Positions 10,624 through 20,178 of a stretch of 32,000 nucleotides of DNA are shown one piece after another; within the stretch, counting starts at the first letter, position 1, and every line of letters starts with the position of its first letter. The notes under the pieces are model-generated. The model searched no databases, was not told the DNA's origin, and saw only the letters and a program-made list of their open reading frames with translations. The stretch spans positions 870,001-902,000 of the forward strand of contig NC_018267.1 of assembly GCF_000306885.1 (NCBI RefSeq), written 5' to 3'. Made by a program: the position numbers and the translations under genes. Origin of the DNA: Wolbachia endosymbiont of Onchocerca ochengi. Its GTDB lineage: Bacteria; Pseudomonadota; Alphaproteobacteria; Rickettsiales; Anaplasmataceae.

Positions 10624-11499
10624 TTATAGATTGCATATAAAAGACCCCATATCTTTAGCAATGTTTTTATAAATCTTCATCAAATTCTCACTTAACATCA
10701 GGGGATTTCCACAATCAGAAGCACTGCATATCTGTGGATCTAAAGGAACTCTGCCCAAGAGCTTTATTCTTAATTCCTCAGATACTTTTCTTATGCCACC
10801 TTTTCCAAAAACATACATTTTTGAGTTACCTTGAATAAAATAACTCATATTTTCTACAATACCAATAACTGGTACGCTGAGCTTTGTAAACATGTCGTAA
10901 ATTCTACGGGCCTCAATCAAAGCAAGCTCCTGCGGAGTTGAAACTATCACCGCTCCAGTTAAGTTAAAATTTTCCATCAGACTTAGATGTACATCACCAG
11001 TTCCAGGTGGTGTATCAATTATTAAATATTCTATATCCAACCATTTCGTTCCCATTAGCAAATTGTAAAGTACTTTTGTGACCATGGGTCCACGCCATAT
11101 TGCTGCACGATCTTTATCAATAAAATAGCTAATTGAAATAGTATGTAACCCATACTTTTCTATAGGTATTGCTTTGCCATCCTGTATTTTCGCCTTTAAT
11201 TTTTCAGCACCAAGCATTTTAGGAACTGAAGGACCATATATATCTGCATCAACTAATGCAACTTTATGTTTCAATTTTACTAATGAAAGAGCAAGGTTTA
11301 TTGCAACTGTAGACTTACCTACTCCTCCTTTACCAGAAGCTACAACAATTATATTTTTTACCCCATCAATATGTAGTTTAACTCTCTGCTTTATAGCTTG
11401 TTTTTGATTAGTAGCAACTATAGTCACCTTTCCTACCCCTAGTATGGCCTTAACAATTTGCTCACAACTTTTTCTCAATTCTTCATTCGGTGTTTGCAT
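10624..11499 (-). CDS. mrp: Mrp/ApbC/NBP35-family Fe-S cluster carrier ATPase; core domain read from an internal ATG
   Basis: It carries the deviant Walker A VASGKGGVGKSTVAINLA, plus DADIYGPS and IIDTPPGTGD. The ancestral N-terminal region continues in frame up to ATG 11626-11628 but is cut by TAA at 11617-11619 (see finding). Confidence 0.88.
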   Translation of the reverse strand: MQTPNEELRKSCEQIVKAILGVGKVTIVATNQKQAIKQRVKLHIDGVKNIIVVASGKGGVGKSTVAINLALSLVKLKHKVALVDADIYGPSVPKMLGAEKLKAKIQDGKAIPIEKYGLHTISISYFIDKDRAAIWRGPMVTKVLYNLLMGTKWLDIEYLIIDTPPGTGDVHLSLMENFNLTGAVIVSTPQELALIEARRIYDMFTKLSVPVIGIVENMSYFIQGNSKMYVFGKGGIRKVSEELRIKLLGRVPLDPQICSASDCGNPLMLSENLMKIYKNIAKDMGSFICNL

Positions 11500-11699
11500 G
11501 TCACCAAAAATTTCAAGAACAAAACTAACATTTCTACTACTATTAATAAGAATTGAGGATACTATACCAACACTTTCCTCTACTATGACTTTTTTTAAAT
11601 TCTCTTTTACAATTCCTTAATTGATCATTAAATATACTTAATATCACCTAGTATATACTGTACGAACAGTATAGCTTAAAGTCAATTTCTATCTATCAT

Positions 11700-12303
11700 C
11701 TAACAATGGGAGAGAACAGATATAAATAAGCTTAACTACCTGGACGCAAGCTTTACCGTTATATAACTTCTTAAAAATATTTCCTTTCTTTCTGGAGAAA
11801 GTATAATGAGGTGAGTATTGCAACACATACTCTAAACAAAGTTTCTAATACCATAATCTACAAGGAGGCTTTATAATAAGAAATTCTTCTGCTGCCATTA
11901 TCAACAAAAATACAGGAGAAAAACGTTATGTTTTTCCTGATCATAAGAGGTTTTTAACGCAGTTAATAAATAGAATAATCACAAGATAGAGAATAAAATA
12001 TAACTACCTTTAGTAGCACAACTCAAGCGAACCTAGATCTATACATAAACATATTCACTTTTGGACACTTAAAAAGTATAAGAGACTTACTTGATGCTTA
12101 AAACTGGGATATATAGTTAGTGGATTTTCAATTTAGCTCTTTTGACCTGTTCAGGTAGTTAATGTGAAGGGTTAAGATAATAAATAAAGTTATTAACAAA
12201 ACAATAAAAATGCCTAATATATTTATAAACATATACATTTCTACTTAAAGCTTGTTGTATAAAGGATAAGATTTATACTGATAGTCTTTAAACAGTAGAT
12301 GAA
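11700..12303 (+). pseudogene. Probable third decayed IS110-family transposase relic; boundaries approximate
   Basis: The + strand translation ends ...KVINKTIKMPNIFINIYIST.KLVV.KDKIYTDSL*TVDE, which parallels relic 2 (...LYLDT*TVDL). The DNA ends with CTGATAGTCTTTAAACAGTAGATGAA (12278-12303) and shares the core AAACAGTAGAT with 7808-7818. Confidence 0.35.
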
Positions 12304-12982
12304 AGCATTCAATTTGATTAAAAAACCTGAAGCTGCAGAAAAAGAGAGTGAGGTAATGAATGAAGATGAAGAAATTTACTCTACAGTAAGATAGATTTAC
12401 TGAAAAGATTATTCTAGCATCGGAGTAGATAATAAAGAAGCAGGTAATGAAAATTGATTAGTTTAGTGCGATCATTATAAAATTTACAAAGATGGTAATA
12501 AAAATTAAATGAACAATTAGAGAATGTAAGTCAGGAATTAGAACTTGAACGTTTATAAAACATTTCCTTTAAAAGAAGAAAATAAAGAATTTTAATCTAG
12601 TAATTAAAAATTTTAAAAAAAAGTTGAAAAAGTAAAAAATACACAATAATAGAAAAATAGATTCTATCAAGAAAATATGAAATTAGTAGCTCAAAGCAAA
12701 GAGGTTTAAAAAGCATAAACTTAATTTATCTCATGAAACAGGAGCTTACAAATAGAACTAAATCATGAAAAAAGTAAGGTCAAAAAGCAAAAAGGTATCA
12801 TATCTAAAAAGGATAATCAGATAAAAAAAATTGAAAAAAGAAAGAGAAAGAATTACGAGAAATAAGCAAAGAGTTCACTGAGCAAAATGGAATCGATCAA
12901 AACAGCTACAAAAAGCCTAGCTTTTTTATGAGCTGAGCTAGCAATACTGTAAATGTTAATTTATTAAATTCTCAAAGAGTAG

Positions 12983-14263
12983 TTAGATCAATCTCTTAGC
13001 ATAGAATAACAACTCTTCTTTTGTTAAAGTGTAGGAGCTATTTTCCCAATGTTGTCTTAGTAACTCTAAGTTTTTACCTAAACTTTTTCCTGGTTGTTGA
13101 CCTATGTTTACCAAATCATTACCAGACAAAGGAAATTCTGGAATATCAAACGCTTTGGCAAACTCAATATATTTGTCAATATTCTTTCCAGACTCAACAC
13201 CATAAATTTTCACTAAATCGCAATATAATTCTTTACCAAAGAAAGATATGTATTTTTTTTGCTTCCTTTCCGAAAGCTCTATTTTGATATTGTTGGATAA
13301 TAAAAATAATAGCTTTTTCTTTTGCTTGTTCGAAAAACGTAAAAACTTGCTTACATATTCTCCAAGATGCACCTGATCATTCTTTTCAGTAGTTCTAAGA
13401 AGTAATGCTAATTTTGTTAGCGCGTCAATTGGTTTGATATCATCCAAGTAGCTAACATTGGGACCTAGGAAAGATGTATGAATTACAGTATCACATGCTG
13501 AAATAACAGATGGCTCTGCAAGAAGTTTAGTATTAATAAGAAGTGGCGAAGATAGAATTTCACATTTTACTTCTTTCGGAATAATTTTTTGTAAAACATC
13601 AGATTTCTGCATACTCTTAAGAGTCATAACCGGATTGTCGCACTCCAGCAACTTAAACATTTCTTCTCTTATTCTCTCTCCAGAAAGGTTTTGAATCATG
13701 TGTGAATGCCTTTTGCATACATCCAATATTTCATCACTCAAGTCTCCAACGCATATTTTAGCGTGAAAACGAAACACCCTTAAAATACGCAGATAATCTT
13801 CCTTAACCCTGCCTTCAGCATCACCTACAAAATTTAACCTTCGTGCTTTTAAGTCCTGAATACCACCAAAGTAATCATATATATGACCGTACTTATCTGC
13901 ATATAGAGCGTTAAATGTAAAGTCACGCCTTGAAGCATCAGCCTTCCAATCGTTGGTAAATTCCACTTTTGCATGTCTACCATCACATTTAATATCACAT
14001 CTTAGTGTTGTAGTCTCAAAGGATCTTCTGTTTAAAATTGCAGTAACAGTTCCGTGTTTCAAGCCGGTTGGAATAGCTTTTATGTTACGTAGTTTTAGTG
14101 CTTCAATCACTTGACCAGGAAATAGATTAGTGGCTAAGTCAATATCATGAACATTGCGCTGTAGAATTGAATCTCTCACACACCCACCAACAAGCCTTAT
14201 TTCACCACCAAACTCTTCTACGGCATTAATAATTAGACTGGTTTCATAGTCAACAACTTGCAT
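12983..14263 (-). CDS. cca: tRNA nucleotidyltransferase (CCA-adding enzyme) / poly(A) polymerase family
   Basis: 426 aa with the N-terminal nucleotidyltransferase motif GGCVRDSILQRNVHDIDLAT and the downstream RRDFTFNAL motif. The tRNA-Phe in this window has no encoded CCA, so a CCA-adding activity is required. Confidence 0.85.
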   Translation of the reverse strand: MQVVDYETSLIINAVEEFGGEIRLVGGCVRDSILQRNVHDIDLATNLFPGQVIEALKLRNIKAIPTGLKHGTVTAILNRRSFETTTLRCDIKCDGRHAKVEFTNDWKADASRRDFTFNALYADKYGHIYDYFGGIQDLKARRLNFVGDAEGRVKEDYLRILRVFRFHAKICVGDLSDEILDVCKRHSHMIQNLSGERIREEMFKLLECDNPVMTLKSMQKSDVLQKIIPKEVKCEILSSPLLINTKLLAEPSVISACDTVIHTSFLGPNVSYLDDIKPIDALTKLALLLRTTEKNDQVHLGEYVSKFLRFSNKQKKKLLFLLSNNIKIELSERKQKKYISFFGKELYCDLVKIYGVESGKNIDKYIEFAKAFDIPEFPLSGNDLVNIGQQPGKSLGKNLELLRQHWENSSYTLTKEELLFYAKRLI

Positions 14264-15303
14264 TTAGATTAGCAATAATATTGCAGCTCATACTATATAA
14301 AATATCTGTAAAAAGTCATACATAAAAATACATAGGACTATGAAGATTTATCTTACAAAGTATTTGTGCTGTTGATGAAACGTCACTTTTAATTCTTCTA
14401 TACTGCTATTACATGACGGGCCTAAAAAAGTTTTGTTCTTTGGAACGTTTTATAACCTACCTATTATATTCATTAACATTTTTTGCTAATATTTTCTCAG
14501 ATACCTTTTCGACTTCTCCTTTCCATTATACATTAAAACGTTATAACATTATTAAGATCCTCACTTAACTGAAGTTTTTTTTACTAGTGAAAGTCTTCTT
14601 GCCTTCGTTTTATTCAACTTCCATTTTTATCAATCAATGGTTCGAAATGAGCACTACCTTTATTTGTTATATATAAAACATCACTGTCGTTATAATTAGC
14701 CCTACTTATATTTATCTATATTTTTTGAACCCTGTATCATCTATCAATTGATGCAAAAACAGGTTCTATTTATTTGGATTTTCTACAATATGTAATTTTC
14801 ACACAACTTTTTTTATAAAGTATTCTACTTTTAACATTAAGGCACTCTAGAATTCATCTTCTCCAGTAGTATTGATACATTAATCATACATAATTTCACG
14901 ATTCTTATAAATTTACTCGTTGACCTCATCAAAATCATTGCCGATTGCACTTGTAAACTACTTTAGCAGGATTGTTTTATACAAACCTCCTACAACTATC
15001 TCTCTTAATTACTTAAACCCTGTTTAAATTAGTAAAAAAAACAGCTTTCATTGATAATCACCTTCCCAGTATGGAATTTACCAAGACAAAAGCTAATCAC
15101 TTAAAGAATACCATTCACTGTTTTAAGCTCCTCAGCCTTTTTAAATTTTTAACACCATATAGCTGCTTGACAATCTCCACTTATCAGTTATAGTCACAGT
15201 TTTTCCTCTATAATATTAATTGTTTCTATCTAAATAAGAACTTAATAATTAAGTATAGCAAAAATTTTTAAATTGTACAACAATTATAATTTTTACAGCA
15301 AAT

Positions 15304-16398
15304 ATGAGCTTTAACTGTGGCATAGTAGGATTACCAAACATAGGAAAATCAACTTTATTTAATGCACTTACACAATCAAGCATAGCTGAAGCTGCAAATT
15401 ATTCTTTCTGTACAATCGAACCTAATATTGGCAAAGTGACAGTAAAAGATCAACGTTTGAAGCAAATTGCAGCGATAGTTAATTCAGAGAAGATAATCTA
15501 CAATCAGTTAAAAGTCGTAGATATCGCAGGCTTAGTAAGAGGTGCAAGTAAAGGCAAAGGACTCGGTAATAAGTTTTTAAGTCACATCAGAGAAGTTGAT
15601 ACCATCATTCATCTACTTAGGTGTTTTATGGATGACAATATCAGCCACGTGCACAATAAAATAGATCCAATATCAGACGCTGAAGTAGTGGAGATGGAAT
15701 TAATTCTAGCCGATATTGATAGCATAGAAAAGAGACTACCTCAACTAGAAAGAAAAGCAAAGCAAGGTGATAAAGAGCAGAAGAAACAACTTGATTTAAT
15801 GCAGGAGGTTTTAGCTAGCTTGAAATTTGGTAAACCTGCAAGAAGTTTAAGAAACATAGATGAAGATGAAATGAAATTGCTTCAATTGCTGACAACGAAG
15901 CCAGTTATATATGTCTGTAATGTTGAAGACTCAAGTATCATAACTGGTAATGAACTATCTAAAAAGGTAGAAAAAATAGCAGAAGAGAGCAAGAGCAAAT
16001 TCTACTGTATTTCAGCAAAACTTGAAGCAGATATTGCAAATCTCGAAGACGAAAAAGAAAAACAGAGTTTTTTATCAGAGTTTGGTTTACAAGAGTCAGG
16101 ACTCAATGGAATAGCTCGTATTATATATGAAGTGTTGAATATGATAACTTTTTTTACTGTGGGGCCAAAAGAAGCACACGCTTGGCCGATAAAAATAGGA
16201 TCGACAGCTGATAAAGCAGCAGGTGTAATTCACTCTGATTTTGAGAAAGGTTTCATAAAAGCAGAAACTATAAGCTTTGCAGACCATATAAAATATGGAA
16301 GCGAATCAGCTTGCAAAAATGCAGGCAAAATCCGCTTCGAAGGTAGAGATTACATTGTACAAGATGGTGATATAATACACTTTAGGTTCAAGGCTTAA
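15304..16398 (+). CDS. ychF: Ribosome-binding ATPase YchF
   Basis: 364 aa with the G1 motif GIVGLPNIGKSTLFNAL, DIAGLVRGASKGKGLGNKFL, a coiled-coil insert, and the C-terminal TGS-like domain ending DGDIIHFRF. Confidence 0.95.
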   Translation: MSFNCGIVGLPNIGKSTLFNALTQSSIAEAANYSFCTIEPNIGKVTVKDQRLKQIAAIVNSEKIIYNQLKVVDIAGLVRGASKGKGLGNKFLSHIREVDTIIHLLRCFMDDNISHVHNKIDPISDAEVVEMELILADIDSIEKRLPQLERKAKQGDKEQKKQLDLMQEVLASLKFGKPARSLRNIDEDEMKLLQLLTTKPVIYVCNVEDSSIITGNELSKKVEKIAEESKSKFYCISAKLEADIANLEDEKEKQSFLSEFGLQESGLNGIARIIYEVLNMITFFTVGPKEAHAWPIKIGSTADKAAGVIHSDFEKGFIKAETISFADHIKYGSESACKNAGKIRFEGRDYIVQDGDIIHFRFKA

Positions 16399-17302
16399 CA
16401 TACCCGATACTAGCAACAGTTCTTTTTGAGGAAAAAACTCTACCTCCTACAGCTATTCTCTAGTCAATAGTAGAGCTAGGCATACCAAAGCCAAACATAA
16501 CTATAACTATATTCTTACATATATGGCACTTACTTTAGACATTCTCCTAAAACTCCATGCGAAGCTTCACTCTTTATAAGTATAGCTTCGTTTTGTTTAG
16601 TTAATTCTAAAATACCCTTTGGTCCAACATCTTTACTAACAATAGCTGATTTCTTATCATCAACTTGATTAGAATTTATATTTAAAACAACAGTATAGTT
16701 TAGTTTTTTTCTAGACTCATCTTGTACACTCAACCAACCTCAATGTTACACATTGCAAACTTTTCAAAGTAGTAGCTTTTCTATTACTTATCATTTTTCT
16801 GAATTGCTACTATTTTTACCATTACTGTGTATGTGTATATTTTTTATTTTACTTTTCTCTTCTTCTATTCTTTTATTTTTTTACTAAAATACCTACTAAT
16901 TTCTAAAATTAGCTTGAAACTAATAAAGTTAATATTAAGATTTCATGAATATTGTGAACTTGATCTTGTACATTGTTTGAAGCCCATTAAAGAAAGCAAC
17001 TAGTATCACTATACGGAATCTCTCATTTAGAAACTCTCTTGTATCAAGTTCCTCTGTGCTAATCACATACCTAAAAATACATTCATTCTTACTACGAATT
17101 GCCCTTTTTATAATACCTAATACTATTTGTACTCCAGAATCATTGTCAAATTTATACTCGTTTAAAAAATTCTTTGCATAACTAACTTTTCTTGAGAAAG
17201 ATCCTTCAATAACTATAACATCACACTACTATTAAACTATGAAATAATGAGCAATATATCTAGTATCAGTGTCTGTAAAAGCTAAAGTTTAGGCGTGTAA
17301 CA

Positions 17303-18235
17303 TTACCGGCACAAATTCTCTATCGTTTGCAACTTTATCAGCATATTAGGTAGAATTATTAAAGAATTAATTAAACAAGTATTATGACTAAATTTAACTC
17401 CATCTACAAGTTCTCCATTTGTTACTCCAGTTACAATAAACACTGATTTATCTCTTACCATATCTTTTATGGTGTAGATTTTTTCTAGGTCCTCAATATT
17501 TAAACTTCTTGCTTTCTCCTTTAACTGGTACGTATCAAATATTAATCTCCCCTCTATCTGTCCGCCGATTGAACTGAGTGCTGCAGCTGTTAACACTCCT
17601 TCTGGTGCTCCTCCTATTCCGATATACATATCATGATTGCCATTTATTAGTGAAACTACAGCAGTAATATCACCATCATCTATCAGTTTAACTTTCGCTC
17701 CTAACTTTCTAATTTTTGCTATTAATTCATTATGCCTTTCACGTTCAAGCACAGTTACTACAAGATTACTTATTTTACACCCTTTTGCCTTAGCTAGATT
17801 ACCCAAATTTTCTTCAACACTATTTCTTAATGAAACTACACCTTCCGGGAGACCCCTTCCTACTGCTATTTTTTCCATATAAACATCAGGCGCATGCAAA
17901 AAATTACCCTTTTTTGTTGCAGCAAGAACAGACATTGCTCCTTGTTTATAATGAGCACAAATTGTAGTACCTTCGAGTGGATCAACGGCAATATCAATCT
18001 CAGGACCATTCCCTATACCAACCCTCTCTCCAATATATAGCATTGGCGCTTTATCTCTCTCACCTTCGCCAATTACAATCGTACCATTTACTTCCATAGA
18101 ATTCAGTACTGCTCGCATTGCATCAACTGCAACTTGATCAGCCTTCTTTTCATTACCTAAACCTACAAATTTATATGCAGCAAGTGCTGCAGCTTCAGTT
18201 ACTTTGATTAATTTGTACGCTAAATCTTCCATCAT
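17303..18235 (-). CDS. glpX: Fructose-1,6-bisphosphatase, class II (GlpX)
   Basis: 310 aa. The motifs VTEAAALAAYKFVGLGNEKKADQVAVDAMR, IVIGEGERDKAPMLYIGE, AVDPLEGTT and GIGGAPEGV are colinear with GlpX. Confidence 0.93.
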   Translation of the reverse strand: MMEDLAYKLIKVTEAAALAAYKFVGLGNEKKADQVAVDAMRAVLNSMEVNGTIVIGEGERDKAPMLYIGERVGIGNGPEIDIAVDPLEGTTICAHYKQGAMSVLAATKKGNFLHAPDVYMEKIAVGRGLPEGVVSLRNSVEENLGNLAKAKGCKISNLVVTVLERERHNELIAKIRKLGAKVKLIDDGDITAVVSLINGNHDMYIGIGGAPEGVLTAAALSSIGGQIEGRLIFDTYQLKEKARSLNIEDLEKIYTIKDMVRDKSVFIVTGVTNGELVDGVKFSHNTCLINSLIILPNMLIKLQTIENLCR

Positions 18236-18370
18236 TTATTTAAGAATAACAAGTATTTAATATATATTACACCATCCAAAATTGCAAGATTCTCTAACTA
18301 ATTGTAAAAAGTCAATATAAATAAGCATAGCAATATTTGATAAGATCTGAAATAACTAATAGTTTAACTT

Positions 18371-20075
18371 ATGAAAAAATAAAGGAAATTACAACTTAAA
18401 GCTCCGAGATAACTGCTTAGGAGTTTTGTAAAAACTAACATAAGAGAAAAAGATGGATGAAGAAATTGCTAATTCATTTGAGGATACTATACTAAAAAAA
18501 CTGTTTCTAATGTTCTATCCTTTCAAAGGGACCAGTAATACCATTGACTGCAGTACATTTCTGAAAACTAATTGGAATAGCTTATGAAATTAAGTATCAA
18601 AATCAATTAAGTTACACTGTAACAATAAAGAAGCTGATGCTTTAAAGGGTACTTTTAGATAGCAACAAATTCTAATAGAAATAAAAAAGAAACACTTAAC
18701 GCTTCAAATAATACTATTTATAAAGACAACATTCAGGAAGTTAAAATGCTTTTAGATTATATAGGTCACAAAGGAAAATTAGAGATATTAAGCAAGATCA
18801 TTGAAGATAAACAATTAGATATAAGATTCTTTAAAATAACAAGCTGAAGTTATAAATAACCTCTTGGATAGAGGAAAATCAACGTTCTAAGTAATAACAT
18901 TGTAGTAGTAATGATTCAATAGTTATTAAACTACTTTTGGAATATATAGATAGATGATACACACAAATTAAAAGCTGATATAAGAAATCTTTCAGAAATA
19001 ACTAAAAAAAGCAAATTACTATTTAAGGAAGTTCTTAGAACAAGCTCTTTAAGTTAAAGTAGATTTCCACAACTTAACCTAATTATTCTATATACTTCTC
19101 AACCTATATAGTAATTGCACTGCTTAGATCAATAATAAATAAAAAAGATAAGTAAAGCACATCTGATACAAAAGAAAATAACGAGGAGCAGAATCCAACA
19201 GGAGTTATAAAATTGTAAGTATTAGTTAGTTGCCGTGCTAGATAACGATTTACGAGATTTCATCTAAATATAGCTAGAACGATAAACTTAATCAGCTTCG
19301 AAAGCCGATAATAGGAAAAAATTAGCTTTCAGAGCAAACATAAGTAAAGTACTGAGCTGGAAAGCGCATTATTAGAGTACAGACACAATCAAAGATGAAA
19401 AATTAGATGCTATAAAGCTTCTCTTAAAGAGGAATAACCATTATTAATGCAATAATCGATCAAGAGAAAATATTATATACATTATCAAAACTGAGGAGAG
19501 CAAATCTATATTAGGCTCTGTTATTTCTTATACTGATAATAGTAATATTGATATTCTAAGTTATGCTACTGCAAAATATTAATGCACATCAATCAAAGTT
19601 AAACCCCAGAAAAGAATTATATAGATTATATTAACAATTAGAAGTAATTCTATAGCAATAACAACAATTCTATAATACAGAATGATCAAAAGAAAATTGC
19701 ATTATGCAAATCAATACAGGAAACAAGAAATTAATCAAGTTATTACTGTGCCAAGCATAAAAAAAATGAAACAAGATCTAACAATGATAAAGAAAATGTT
19801 AGTAATAAACCAATGCCTTCTACACTAACAAAAAAAACAGATATAGCTTTTAACCGCCATATTAAGTAGCAATAAAGCTGATAGCTTATAGAAACTCAAT
19901 CCTCTTTACCAAATACATAAGAAACTAAGTACAAAAAAGCAAAGAGAGTTTTTACATCTCATTAGCAAAGGATACTATTGAAGTTGTTACATTACAGTAT
20001 TATTCATTGCTACTGTAATAATTCTATTAGATTACATGCAAAAAATCACACATTGCCAAGTTATAGAGAAATGAG
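18371..20075 (+). pseudogene. Decayed ankyrin-repeat protein gene with a C-terminal hydrophobic segment; boundaries approximate
   Basis: The plus strand is A-rich and no ORF reaches 60 aa. Fragments in shifting frames resemble ANK repeats: NIQEVKMLLDYIGHKGKLEIL (about 18730), NDSIVIKLLLEYIDR (18910-18957), DEKLDAIKLLLKRNNHY (about 19393), and KLHYANQYRKQEINQVI (about 19696). A terminal CYITVLFIATVIILLDYM looks like a TM segment. Confidence 0.5.
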
Positions 20076-20178
20076 AGAAAAATAAGATCGAGCATACAAA
20101 TTTAGAAAACCATATAAACTTTGCGATTTGAAAGATTAGAAATAAGTGTCATTTCAGCACGTGATACTGAAATTTAAT

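Noticed and set aside
20151-20173. Hairpin ATTTCAG-(9 nt)-CTGAAAT a few nt downstream of the ppdK stop, a candidate terminator.
   Set aside because: The stem is 7 bp and AT-rich, and no U-run follows it on the minus-strand transcript. It is comparable to what chance would produce.
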